Below, piece after piece: positions 1-9,385 of a stretch of DNA of 64,000 nt. The notes under the pieces were generated by a model. That model did not search any database and had not been told where the DNA came from. It saw only the letters and a program-made list of their open reading frames with translations. Made by a program: the position numbers and the translations under genes. Within the stretch, counting starts at the first letter, position 1. Every line of letters begins with the position of its first letter. Source of the stretch: Pseudomonadota bacterium (GTDB lineage: Bacteria > Pseudomonadota > Alphaproteobacteria > Rhodobacterales > Rhodobacteraceae). The DNA lies in NCBI GenBank assembly GCA_021845805.1, contig JAJZVD010000008.1, forward strand, positions 2,739-66,738, read 5' to 3'.

Positions 1-1066
1 GGGCGCCCGCCACGTTTTCGTACTGGAAGCAGCCCACGCGATCCAGTTGCGCCTCGTCCAGCCAGTCGAGCAGGGTCTGGAACTCGGCCTCGGTCTCGCC
101 GGGATAGCCCACGATGAAGGTCGATCGCAGCGTCAGGTCAGGGCAGACGGCGCGCCAGGCGGCGATCTCGTCCAGCGTCTTCGCCGCCGCCGCAGGGCGG
201 GCCATGCGCTTCAGCGTCTCGGGGTGGGCGTGCTGGAAGGGGATGTCGAGATAGGGCAGCACCAGCCCGTCGGCCATCAGCGGGATCAGGTCGCGCACAT
301 GGGGGTAGGGGTAGACATAGTGCAGCCGGACCCAGGCGCCCAAGCTGCCAAGGTCGCGGGCAAGGTCGGTGATATGGGCGCGGTGGCCCTTCGCCTCGGC
401 ATGTTTGATGTCGACCCCATAGGCCGAGGTGTCCTGGCTGATGACCAGCAGCTCCCTCACCCCCGCCTCGACCAGCTTTTCCGCCTCGCGCAGCACGGCA
501 TGGGCGGGGCGGCTGACCAGCCGGCCGCGCATGTCGGGGATGATGCAGAACTTGCACTTGTGGTTACAGCCCTCGGAGATCTTGAGGTAGCTGTAATGCC
601 GGGGCGTCAGCTTGACCCCGGTCGCGGGCATCAGGTCGATGAAGGGGTCGGGCGCGGGCGGCACGGCGGCATGCACCGCATCCAGCACCTGTTCGTATTG
701 CTGCGGCCCGGTCACGGCCAGCACCTTCGGATGCGCGCCGGTGATGTAATCGGGTTCCGCCCCCAGGCAGCCGGTCACGATCACCCGGCCGTTTTCCGCC
801 AGCGCCTCGCCGATCGCCTCGAGGCTTTCGGCCTTGGCACTGTCGAGAAAGCCGCAGGTGTTCACGATCACCGCATCCGCGCCCGTGTAGTCGGGCGAGA
901 TCGCGTAGCCCTCGGCGCGCAGCCGGGTCAGGATGCGTTCGCTGTCCACCAGCGCCTTGGGGCAGCCAAGCGAGACCATGCCGAGGGTCGGCTGGCCGGG
1001 ACGGCGCGCGTCGGGGACGGTGGCGCGGGCAAGGTCGGGGCGAAGATCGGGCGGGTTCTGGGGCAT
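1..1066 (-). CDS. rimO: Ribosomal protein S12 methylthiotransferase RimO (partial, 3' end beyond left edge)
   Basis: Manual translation from ATG at 1066: [13 protein letters not shown]...[15 protein letters not shown]...NTCGF...GCL...[18 protein letters not shown] (radical-SAM CxxxCxxC plus UPF0004 N-terminal Cys motifs). Not in the ORF track because the stop lies outside the window. Confidence 0.95.
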   Translation of the reverse strand, partial: MPQNPPDLRPDLARATVPDARRPGQPTLGMVSLGCPKALVDSERILTRLRAEGYAISPDYTGADAVIVNTCGFLDSAKAESLEAIGEALAENGRVIVTGCLGAEPDYITGAHPKVLAVTGPQQYEQVLDAVHAAVPPAPDPFIDLMPATGVKLTPRHYSYLKISEGCNHKCKFCIIPDMRGRLVSRPAHAVLREAEKLVEAGVRELLVISQDTSAYGVDIKHAEAKGHRAHITDLARDLGSLGAWVRLHYVYPYPHVRDLIPLMADGLVLPYLDIPFQHAHPETLKRMARPAAAAKTLDEIAAWRAVCPDLTLRSTFIVGYPGETEAEFQTLLDWLDEAQLDRVGCFQYENVAGA

Positions 1067-1250
1067 GGCGCGTTCTACCCCAGTCGCGCGCGGGGGAAAA
1101 GGGTGGGCGCGGCCCCGGCGGAGCCCCTGAAAAAAAGCTACACATGCCCAATCTTTCATGTAACGATTGCGTGAGCGGAGTGCTGTTGCGCCGCTGGCGG
1201 GGCGTGGCCGGGGGAGCGGGCGCCGCCCTGCCCGGGTCGAGGAGGAAGGC

Positions 1251-2531
1251 ATGACGGACTGGAAGAGACTGGGGCGGCGGATCGGCTACGGCCTCGCGGT
1301 CGGATCGCTGGCGGCCGCACCGGCGCTGGCGACGGAAGGGTACTTTGCGCTTGGCTACAGCCCCGAACAGATCGCCCAGGGCGGCGCGGGCGTGGCCAAT
1401 GGCGACGAGCCGATGTCGGCGGCGATCAACCCCGCGGGTGTGGCCACGGTGGGCAACGCGCTTTCGTTCGGGATGCAGCTCTTCTCGCCCCATCGCGGAT
1501 ACGACGCCAGCGGGGCGGCCTTTGTCTCGAATGGCAGCATCACCAGCGGGCACACGCTGTTTCTGGTGCCGAATGTCGCCTACAACCGGGTGCTGGCCGA
1601 TGGCGCGCGGCTGAACTTCGCGGCCTACGGCAATGGCGGGATGAACACCAGCTACCCGGCCGACCCGAACACCGGGCTTCTGTGCACCGGCGCGCCGGGG
1701 ATCTTCTGCGGCGGTAAGGCCGGGGTGAACCTGACCCAGCTTTTCCTGCAGTTCACCTATGCCCGGAAGGTCGGCAACGTGGCCTGGGGGATCGCGCCCA
1801 CCATCGCGTTGCAGAACTTCTCGGCCCGCGGGATCGGTGCCTTCGCGTCCTCCTCGGCGGACCCGTCGCATCTGAGCGACACTGGCGGCGACTGGTCGCA
1901 CGGCATCGGGCTGAAGGCCGGCGTGCAGGTCGACGTGGCGCCGGGGCTGCGGCTGGGCCTGAGCGGGCAGAGCAAGTTCAACATGTCGAGGTTCTCGAAA
2001 TACGCAGGCCTGTTCGCGGGCGGCGGCGATTTCGACATTCCGGCATCCGCGACGGTCGGCATGGCCTGGGACGCCAGACCGGATCTGACGCTGATGCTGG
2101 ATTACCAGCGGATCTGGTATTCGGGCGTTCCGGCGGTGGCGAACCCGTTCCCGAATGGCGCGAACGCGCTCGGCAGCGCCGATGGCCCCGGCTTCGGCTG
2201 GAAGGACGTGGGCGTCATCAAGCTGGGCGCGGCCTGGCGGCAGAGCCCCGCGATGACCTGGCGGGTGGGATACGCCTATTCCACCAATCCGGTGCAATCG
2301 AGCCAGGTCACGCTGAACATCCTGGCGCCCGGCGTGGTGCGCCATCACCTGTCGGCCGGGGGAAGCTGGCAGATGACCGACACCGACACGCTGGACTTCG
2401 CGCTGGAATATGTGCCGACGAGCAAGGTCTCGGGCCCCGAAGTGACGACAGGCGGGGTCACGCCGGGCAGCGACATCACCCTGAAGATGCACCAGTTCGC
2501 CGCCGCGGTCGGCTGGACGCACCGCTTCTGA
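1251..2531 (+). CDS. OmpP1/FadL/TodX family outer-membrane beta-barrel transporter
   Basis: GAGGAGG RBS before ATG 1251; signal peptide ending in ALA; N-terminal hatch-like ...GGAGVA...NPAG; alternating beta-strand pattern; C-terminal aromatic residue (WTHRF). Confidence 0.88.
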   Translation: MTDWKRLGRRIGYGLAVGSLAAAPALATEGYFALGYSPEQIAQGGAGVANGDEPMSAAINPAGVATVGNALSFGMQLFSPHRGYDASGAAFVSNGSITSGHTLFLVPNVAYNRVLADGARLNFAAYGNGGMNTSYPADPNTGLLCTGAPGIFCGGKAGVNLTQLFLQFTYARKVGNVAWGIAPTIALQNFSARGIGAFASSSADPSHLSDTGGDWSHGIGLKAGVQVDVAPGLRLGLSGQSKFNMSRFSKYAGLFAGGGDFDIPASATVGMAWDARPDLTLMLDYQRIWYSGVPAVANPFPNGANALGSADGPGFGWKDVGVIKLGAAWRQSPAMTWRVGYAYSTNPVQSSQVTLNILAPGVVRHHLSAGGSWQMTDTDTLDFALEYVPTSKVSGPEVTTGGVTPGSDITLKMHQFAAAVGWTHRF

Positions 2532-2636
2532 TGGCCTGACATCCCCCGCGGAAACCCGCCGGGGCGGGGCGGCCGCGGTTGAGCGGGGGGCGGATTGCGG
2601 GCAAGCTTCGCCTCAGGGTGAACCGGGGGGCCTGCG

Positions 2637-4592
2637 ATGCGCTGGATGATCCGACTGCTGGGGCTGGTGGTCACGCTGGTGGCGGTGGCGGTGGGCGCGC
2701 TGGTCCTGATCCCGGCCGACCGGATCGCGGCGCTGGTGGCCGGGCAGTTCCAGCAGGCCACCGGGCGGCAGATGGTCATCGCGGGCGGGGTGCACCCGAC
2801 GCTCTGGCCCGAACTGGGCGTGCGCACCGGCGCCGTGACGATCGCCAACGCGCCCTGGTCGAAGGCCGGGCCGATGGTTCAGGCCGAAGGGCTGCGCGTG
2901 GGTGTGGACCCGCTGGCGCTTCTGGGCGGCCGCGTGAAGGTGGGCCGGGTGGATCTGCTCAGGCCCCGCATCCTGCTGGAACGCGGCAAGGACGGACGGG
3001 GCAACTGGCAGATGGCCGCGCCCTCGACCGCGCCGGGGGCCGCCGGGACGCAACCCGCGCAGGGCGGCGGCGCGGGCGCGCCCAGGCTTGTCAGCATCGA
3101 CCGGGCGACGATCAGCGACGGCGCGGTAACCTGGATCGACGATGCGGGCGGCACCACGCGGACGCTCGAAGGGATCGACGCCACCTTCACCCTGCCCGAC
3201 CCCGCGGGGGCGGCCGATCTGGGGCTGAAGGCCCGCGTGAACGGCCAGCCCTTTGCGCTGGCGCTGCATCTGGCCAGGACCGCCGCCGCGCTGGCGGGCG
3301 CGCCGGCCGATCTGACGCTTTCGCTGACCGCGGGCGGTTCCACCATCGCCTTCACCGGAACGGCCGACCCGGCGAAGGCCAGCGTCAGCGGCGCGCTGGA
3401 CGCGAATCTGGCCGACCTGCCCGCGCTCTTTGCCGCGGCGGGGCTTTCTGCGCCGCGCCTGCCGCAGGGGCTGGGCGCCCGAAGCATCGCGGCCAGGGGC
3501 AACCTGACCGCCGGTGCCGATGGCCGCGCGACGCTGGCGCAGGCCACGCTGACGCTCGATTCCAACACGCTGACCGGGCAGATCGGGCTGGCCACCGCGG
3601 GCGCCCGGCCGAAGGTGACGGCGATCCTGTCGGCGGGCAAACTGGATCTGGCGGCGCTGGGGGGCGGAACCGGCGGCGGGGCCGGGGCGTCTGGCGCAAG
3701 TGGGGGTGGCTGGTCCAAGGCGCCGATCGATGTCTCGGCGCTGCGCGCGGTCGATGCCGACGTGACGCTCAGCGCGGCGGGGGTGGACCTTGGCACTGCC
3801 GATCTGGGGCAGACCGATGTCGCGCTGTCGCTTGCGGGCGGCAAGGCCATGCTGGCGCTGAAGCAGATCGCGGCCTATCAGGGCACGATCAGCGGGCAGA
3901 TCCTGGCCGATGCCACCGGAACGCCCGCGGTGTCAGCCGACCTGACCGCCGACAAGGTCGCGCTGCAACCGCTGCTGACCGCCTTTGCCAACTACACGCG
4001 CCTCAGCGGCACCGGCAGGCTGACCGCCAGCCTGCAGTCGCGGGGTGGCTCGATGGACGCGCTGATGAACGCGCTGGCGGGCAGCGGCGAGATCCGCCTT
4101 GGCCAGGGCGCGTTGCAGGGCTTCGATCTGGCGGGGATGCTGACGCATCTTGACCCGGGCTATGTCGGCAGCGGCGCGCGGACGATCTACGACGCGATCA
4201 CCGCCACCTTCACCATCACCGGGGGTGTTCTGTCGAACAGCGACCTTCAGTTCAAATCCGCGCTGGTCAACGCGACCGGCAAGGGCACGTTCGACATCGG
4301 CGGGCGCACGCTGGATTACACCGTGACGCCGGTCGCGTTGCAGGGGATCGCGGGCAACACCGGGGTGCAGGTGCCGCTTAAGATCTCGGGCCCCTGGGCC
4401 GCGCCGAAATTCGGGCTGGATCTGAATGCGGCCACGAACGGCAAGCTGGATGCCGAGAAGAAGAAGCTGGAAGACAAGGCCAAGGCCGCGGCGGAAAAGG
4501 CGCTTGGGCTGCCTGCGGGCAGCGGCACCGACACCAGGACGCTGCAGGACGCGGCGAAACAAGGGCTGATGAAGCTGCTGGGGGGGAACTGA
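2637..4592 (+). CDS. AsmA family protein
   Basis: N-terminal TM anchor followed by ...QATGRQMVIAGGVHPTLWPELG...IANAPWS and a C-terminal AsmA_2-like GFDLAGML...SNSDL...VPLKISGPWAAP segment. Confidence 0.9.
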   Translation: MRWMIRLLGLVVTLVAVAVGALVLIPADRIAALVAGQFQQATGRQMVIAGGVHPTLWPELGVRTGAVTIANAPWSKAGPMVQAEGLRVGVDPLALLGGRVKVGRVDLLRPRILLERGKDGRGNWQMAAPSTAPGAAGTQPAQGGGAGAPRLVSIDRATISDGAVTWIDDAGGTTRTLEGIDATFTLPDPAGAADLGLKARVNGQPFALALHLARTAAALAGAPADLTLSLTAGGSTIAFTGTADPAKASVSGALDANLADLPALFAAAGLSAPRLPQGLGARSIAARGNLTAGADGRATLAQATLTLDSNTLTGQIGLATAGARPKVTAILSAGKLDLAALGGGTGGGAGASGASGGGWSKAPIDVSALRAVDADVTLSAAGVDLGTADLGQTDVALSLAGGKAMLALKQIAAYQGTISGQILADATGTPAVSADLTADKVALQPLLTAFANYTRLSGTGRLTASLQSRGGSMDALMNALAGSGEIRLGQGALQGFDLAGMLTHLDPGYVGSGARTIYDAITATFTITGGVLSNSDLQFKSALVNATGKGTFDIGGRTLDYTVTPVALQGIAGNTGVQVPLKISGPWAAPKFGLDLNAATNGKLDAEKKKLEDKAKAAAEKALGLPAGSGTDTRTLQDAAKQGLMKLLGGN

Positions 4593-4595
4593 AGA

Positions 4596-4628
4596 CGCCC
4601 CGGCCCGCTCCGGCGGAAGGCCGGGGCG
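4596..4628. terminator. GC hairpin between convergent asmA and DUF1993 genes
   Basis: CGCCCCGGCC-N13-GGCCGGGGCG; a second GGCCGGGGCG copy follows at 4631-4640. Confidence 0.55.
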
Positions 4629-4651
4629 CAGGCCGGGGCGTTGGGGGGGCG

Positions 4652-5143
4652 TCAGGCGCCCAGGAAGTCGGCCTTGCCCAGCTCCACGCCATTGTGGCGC
4701 AGGATGTCGTAGGCGGTCGTCATGTGGAAGTAGAAGTTCGGCACCGCGTAGCTGGCCAGATAGACCGGCGCGGGGAAGGTCAGCTCGCGCGGGCCCGCCT
4801 TCACGGTGATGGTGCGTGCGGCGGCGCCCTCGTAATCGGCCGCCTTGAAGCCCGAGATGACGTCGAGCGTCCGGGCGATGCGGGCGCGCAGTTCGGCGAA
4901 GGTCGTCTCGGTATCGGCAAAGCTCGGTACCTCGGCCCCGGCCAGACGCGCCGCGGCGCCCTTGGCGTGGTCGCAGGCGATCAGCACCTGCCGGGTCAGC
5001 GGCAGCATGTCAGGGGCAAGCCGACCGGCGCAGAGCACGGCGGGGTCGATCTTCTTCGCGGCGCAATGCGCCTCGGCCTTGGACAGGATCGCATCGAGCG
5101 CCTTCAGCGAGCGGGTGAAGGGCGGGATGATATGGTCGTACAT
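4652..5143 (-). CDS. DUF1993 family (DinB/YfiT-like) protein
   Basis: MYDHIIPPF...RLAPDMLPLTRQVLIACDHAKG...PNFYFHMTTAYDILRHNGVELGKADFLG; GGAG RBS before ATG 5143. Confidence 0.9.
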   Translation of the reverse strand: MYDHIIPPFTRSLKALDAILSKAEAHCAAKKIDPAVLCAGRLAPDMLPLTRQVLIACDHAKGAAARLAGAEVPSFADTETTFAELRARIARTLDVISGFKAADYEGAAARTITVKAGPRELTFPAPVYLASYAVPNFYFHMTTAYDILRHNGVELGKADFLGA

Positions 5144-5283
5144 GGGCGTCTCCGTTGGTCCGTGCGACGGCGGGGCGCGGCGCCCCGGCCGGACGGATTG
5201 CGCGGGAGAATGGCGCATCGTCGCGCAAAGGCAAGGGGGCCGCGTCAGCGACCCCCCGATCCGTTCCGCGATGGCCGCTCCGC

Positions 5284-5880
5284 TCAGGCCGTGCGGGCCT
5301 TGGCGCGGCGCTTGCCGAAGACGGCAAAGCCCGCAATCCCGGCCCCCAGCAGCGGCAGCGACGCGGGCAGCGGCACCGAGCTGATGACCGGCGGGGTGTT
5401 CGAGGTCACCTGCACGTTGTCGAGCACCCAGTACGACGGGTCGTTGCGGAAGGTGAACGACAGGTTTGTGGCGGTCGCGGTCGCGGTGACGACATAGCTG
5501 TAGAGCGTGTAGCCGAACTGCCCGCTGTTGCGCAGCGAGGTCAGCACGTCCGACCCGAAGGAGGCGGCGAAGGAGTTCTGGCGGCTGCCAAGATTTTCCA
5601 GCCAGAACGACACGGTGTAGGAATCGCCGATCACCGTCGAGAGCAGCTGCGACAGCGTGCCGGTCGAACGCACCGGCCCCATCGCCGCGCTGTAGCTGCC
5701 GCTTTCGGCATAGCCGGTCGTGACGGAACTGTAGCCGGTGTTGCCCGACCGGCTCCAGCCCGAGAAGGTGCCGGTTTCGAAGCTGCCGTTGGTCACCAGA
5801 TTTGAAACGGGGGTGGCCTGCGCCATCTGGGCGAGGCCCGCAACCATCGCGGCTGCAATCGCATAGCTTGTGGTCCGCAT
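5284..5880 (-). CDS. Secreted protein with VPLPA-CTERM (PEP-CTERM-type) sorting signal
   Basis: Signal peptide; Ser/Thr-rich beta domain (NLVTNGSFETG...); C-terminal VPLPASLPLLGAGIAGFAVFGKRR (motif, TM helix, basic tail). Confidence 0.9.
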   Translation of the reverse strand: MRTTSYAIAAAMVAGLAQMAQATPVSNLVTNGSFETGTFSGWSRSGNTGYSSVTTGYAESGSYSAAMGPVRSTGTLSQLLSTVIGDSYTVSFWLENLGSRQNSFAASFGSDVLTSLRNSGQFGYTLYSYVVTATATATNLSFTFRNDPSYWVLDNVQVTSNTPPVISSVPLPASLPLLGAGIAGFAVFGKRRAKARTA

Positions 5881-6042
5881 GACCTGATCTCCTGACGTCG
5901 CACGGTCGTTACAAAATTTCGCGGCAATTCCGGCCCGGGGGCCATGCCGCGCGAATGATGAAAACTTGAAGGAAGATCGGGATGTTTCTGCGGCGCAATC
6001 GGGCCGGAAGCGTGATTCTTCGCGGCATCATTGCGGCATGTC

Positions 6043-6070
6043 GCAGGGCGCCCGGGCCGGGGCGCCCTGC
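6043..6070 (-). terminator. Hairpin downstream of argF
   Basis: GCAGGGCGCCC-N6-GGGCGCCCTGC, a perfect 11-bp stem 8 nt past the argF stop. Confidence 0.6.
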
Positions 6071-6078
6071 CGGGCGGC

Positions 6079-7005
6079 CTAGACCCCCAGGCACCAGCGC
6101 ATGACCGCCTTTTGCGCATGCAGGCGGTTTTCGGCCTCGTCGAACACCACCGAATGCGGGCCGTCCATCACCGCGCTTGTCACCTCGTCGTCGCGGTGGG
6201 CGGGCAGGCAGTGCATGAACAGCGCGTCCGGCTTGGCGCGCGCCATCAGCGCCTCGTTCACCTGGTAGCCGCGCAACTGGTTGTGGCGGCGTTCCTTGGC
6301 CGATTGCGGATCGTGCATGCTGACCCAGGTGTCCGTCACCACAAGGTCGGCACCCTCGACCGCCCGCGCAGGATCGCGCTCGATCACCGCGGCCGAACCC
6401 TTGGCGCGCGCAAAGTCGAGCCAGCCCTGCTCGGGGTCCAGCGGCTCGGGGCCGGTGAAGGTGAAATCGAAGCCGAACTGCCCCGCGGCGTGGATCAGCG
6501 AGGCGCAGACATTGTTGCCATCGCCCGACCACACCACCCGGCGCCCGGCGATCGGGCCGCGGTGTTCCTCATAGGTCATCACGTCGGCCATGATCTGGCA
6601 GGGATGGGTGCGGTTCGTCAGCCCGTTGATGACCGGCACGGTGGCGTGTTCGGCCATCTCGAGCAGCGTCGCCTCTTCGAAGGTGCGGATCATGATCAGG
6701 TCGACATAGCGCGACAGCACCCGCGCCGTGTCGGCAATGGTCTCGCCATGGCCAAGCTGCATCTCCTTGCCCGACAGCACCATGGTCTGCCCGCCCATCT
6801 GGCGCACGCCCACGTCGAAGGACACCCGCGTGCGGGTCGAGGGCTTTTCGAAGATCAGCGCCACCATCCGCCCGGCCAGCGGCTGTTCGTCATCCGGCAT
6901 CCCCTTCGGTCGGCCGCCGCGCGCGGTCTTCATCGTGCGCGCCAGGTCGATCATGGCGCGCAACTCGCCGGCGTCGGTCTTGTGGATGTCGAGGAAGTGC
7001 TTCAT
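6079..7005 (-). CDS. argF: Ornithine carbamoyltransferase
   Basis: FEKPSTRTR carbamoyl-phosphate motif, HPCQ, and HCLP; start MKHFLDI at 7005. Confidence 0.97.
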   Translation of the reverse strand: MKHFLDIHKTDAGELRAMIDLARTMKTARGGRPKGMPDDEQPLAGRMVALIFEKPSTRTRVSFDVGVRQMGGQTMVLSGKEMQLGHGETIADTARVLSRYVDLIMIRTFEEATLLEMAEHATVPVINGLTNRTHPCQIMADVMTYEEHRGPIAGRRVVWSGDGNNVCASLIHAAGQFGFDFTFTGPEPLDPEQGWLDFARAKGSAAVIERDPARAVEGADLVVTDTWVSMHDPQSAKERRHNQLRGYQVNEALMARAKPDALFMHCLPAHRDDEVTSAVMDGPHSVVFDEAENRLHAQKAVMRWCLGV

Positions 7006-7032
7006 TCGGAACGCTTTCTTTGGCGGAGCGCG

Positions 7033-7082
7033 CCGGGGGCTGTCTGCCCCCGGACCCCCGAGGATATTTGCGGACAGAAAAT
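7033..7082 (+). repeat. REP-like element family 2, copy 1
   Basis: CCGGGGGC-tgtct-GCCCCCGG hairpin followed by ACCCCCG..GGATATTTGCGGACAGAAAAT; the 21-bp tail is identical to the copy at 44281-44331. Confidence 0.8.
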
Positions 7083-7084
7083 GG

Positions 7085-8260
7085 TCAGGCGGTTTCCAGC
7101 GCTGTGGCGGCGGCATCGAGGCGGGTGACCGCCTCGGCGATCTCGGCGTCGCTGATCGTCAGCGCGGGCAGGATGCGCACGACATTGTCGGCGCCCGCGA
7201 CCGTCAGGACATGGGCGGCGTAGCCCGCCTTCACCACATCCGCGTTGGGCGCCTTGCATTTCAGCCCCAGGATCAGGCCCTGGCCGCGGACGCCCTCGAA
7301 CACCGCCGGATGGGCGGCCACCAGCCCTTCCAGCCGCTGGCGCAAGAGCGCGCCCTTGCGGCGCACCTCGGCCAGGAAGGCGTCATCGGCCACGATCTCC
7401 ATCACCCGCGCGCCCACCGCGCAGGCCAGCGGGTTGCCGCCGTAGGTCGAACCGTGGGTGCCCGCGACCATGCCCGAGGCCGCCTCTTCGGTGGCCAGCA
7501 CCGCGCCCAGCGGGAAGCCGCCGCCGATGCCCTTGGCAACCATCATGATGTCGGGGGTGATCCCGGCCCATTCATGGGCGAACAGCTTGCCGGTGCGGCC
7601 CATGCCGCATTGCACCTCGTCAAGGATCAGCAGCACGCCGGTTTCGTCGCACAGATCGCGCAGCCCCTTCAGGCAGGCATCGGGCAGCGGGCGGATGCCG
7701 CCTTCGCCCTGGATCGGCTCGACCAGGATCGCGGCGGTATGGCTGTCGATCGCCTTGCGCAAGGCCGCGTGGTCGCCCCAGGGCAGGTGGACGAAGCCCG
7801 GCATCAGCGGGCCGAAGCCCTTCACCATCTTCTCGGACCCCGCCGCGGCGATGGCGCCGGTCGAGCGGCCGTGGAAGGCGCCCTCGAAGCTCAGGATGTT
7901 GATCCGTTCATGGTGGCCCTTCTCGTACCAGTACTTGCGGGCCATCTTGATGGCCAGCTCTGCCGCCTCGGTGCCCGAGTTGGTGAAGAAGACGGTATCG
8001 GCGAAGGTGTGTTCCACCAGCAGATCGGCCAGCCGCTGCTGGTTGGGGATCTGGTAGAGGTTCGAGGTGTGCCAGAGCTTGCCCGCCTGCTCGGTCAGCG
8101 TCTTCACCAGGTCGGGATTGGCATGGCCGAGCGCGTTCACCGCGATCCCGGCGCCAAGGTCAAGGTAGCGCGTCCCGTCCTCGGTGATGAGCCAGCTGCC
8201 CTCGCCCCTGTCGAACGAGAGGGGGGCACGGTTGTAGGTCGGCAGGACGGACGGGATCAT
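7085..8260 (-). CDS. argD: Acetylornithine aminotransferase
   Basis: Class III PLP aminotransferase: [44 protein letters not shown]. Confidence 0.95.
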   Translation of the reverse strand: MIPSVLPTYNRAPLSFDRGEGSWLITEDGTRYLDLGAGIAVNALGHANPDLVKTLTEQAGKLWHTSNLYQIPNQQRLADLLVEHTFADTVFFTNSGTEAAELAIKMARKYWYEKGHHERINILSFEGAFHGRSTGAIAAAGSEKMVKGFGPLMPGFVHLPWGDHAALRKAIDSHTAAILVEPIQGEGGIRPLPDACLKGLRDLCDETGVLLILDEVQCGMGRTGKLFAHEWAGITPDIMMVAKGIGGGFPLGAVLATEEAASGMVAGTHGSTYGGNPLACAVGARVMEIVADDAFLAEVRRKGALLRQRLEGLVAAHPAVFEGVRGQGLILGLKCKAPNADVVKAGYAAHVLTVAGADNVVRILPALTISDAEIAEAVTRLDAAATALETA

Positions 8261-8518
8261 GGACGGGTCCTTTGCGAAGAAGCCCTAGGGGTGCCAAAGG
8301 GCGGGGGCCAAGTCAACGGAGCGGTGGGGGCTGTGCGGCGGGCGCACGGGATCGCAGGCGTCAGGCGCGGGTGCGGCGACGTCGGGGCAGCGCGAAAGGG
8401 GCGGTGCGGGCGATCATTCGCGCGGCATAGCGCGGCCCGCGCGGGCGGTAAAGGGGGATTCGCAGCGCGGGCGGGCGGCGACGGCGCGCGGTCGCCGCTT
8501 GAAATTCCCGGCGGCGGC

Positions 8519-8546
8519 TTGTATCTCGGCGTGCCGCAATTACTAT
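8519..8546 (+). promoter_or_regulatory. Putative sigma70 promoter of gcrA
   Basis: TTGTAT-N16-TACTAT, ending about 67 nt upstream of the gcrA ATG. Confidence 0.45.
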
Positions 8547-8613
8547 GTGGCCAATGCCGGCCCCCGGCCGCCGCCCCGGCGGCCCCGCGGCCCTTTCCTG
8601 ACCGGAGGAACGG

Positions 8614-9234
8614 ATGTCCTGGACCGACGAGCGCGTCGAGACGCTCAAGAAGATGTGGGCCGAGGGCCAGAGCGCGAGCCAGATCGCCAAGGAACTGGGC
8701 GGTGTGACGCGCAACGCCGTGATCGGCAAGGTGCATCGCCTGGGCCTGTCGAACCGTGTCGGCGGCCCGAACGGCAAGGCCGAGGACGAGATCGACGACG
8801 CGGCCCCGGTGGTCGAGGCCGAACCCGTGCCCGCGCCCAAGCCCGCCGCGGTGCGCGCGGTCGAGACGCCCCGCACCCCCGAGCCCGCGCCCGAGTCGCG
8901 CCCGGCGCCCGCGGCAGCCGCCCCGGCGCAAAGCGCGGTGGTGACGCCAATCCGCAAGGCCATCATCCCCGCGGGCCAGCCGCTGCCGCCGCAGCCCTCG
9001 GCCAACGAGATCAGCCCCGAGGCGCTGGCCTCGGTGCGCGAGGTGGAAAAGAAGGCGCGCCGCCTGACCCTGATGGAACTGACCGAGCGCACCTGCAAAT
9101 GGCCGATCGGCGATCCCGCGACGGATGACTTCTGGTTCTGCGGTCTCGCCACCGCGCAGGGCAAGCCCTATTGCGAGGCGCATGTGGGCGTGGCCTTCCA
9201 GCCGATGTCGGCCCGGCGCGACCGGCGCCGCTAG
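8614..9234 (+). CDS. gcrA: GcrA cell-cycle regulator
   Basis: MSWTDERVETLKKMW.EG.SASQIAKELGGVTRNAVIGKVHRLGLS; C-terminal CKWPIGDP...FCG...YCEAH; divergent from argD. Confidence 0.97.
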   Translation: MSWTDERVETLKKMWAEGQSASQIAKELGGVTRNAVIGKVHRLGLSNRVGGPNGKAEDEIDDAAPVVEAEPVPAPKPAAVRAVETPRTPEPAPESRPAPAAAAPAQSAVVTPIRKAIIPAGQPLPPQPSANEISPEALASVREVEKKARRLTLMELTERTCKWPIGDPATDDFWFCGLATAQGKPYCEAHVGVAFQPMSARRDRRR

Positions 9235-9304
9235 ACGCGCACCTAAACCCCCCGCTACCCCCCCAAAAAAACCGGGGTGGGGCGTTTCGGTGGCGGACGC
9301 CTGC

Positions 9305-9337
9305 GCGCCCCGTGTGCGCCCCGTGGGCGCCCCGTGG
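9305..9337 (+). repeat. Three tandem 11-bp units GCGCCCCGTG(T/G)
   Basis: gcgccccgtgt-gcgccccgtgg-gcgccccgtgg between convergent gcrA and hrpB. Confidence 0.8.
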
Positions 9338-9385
9338 GCAGGCTGAGGGGCGGCGCCCCCGGCCCTTGTCGTTTGCGCCGCAGCC

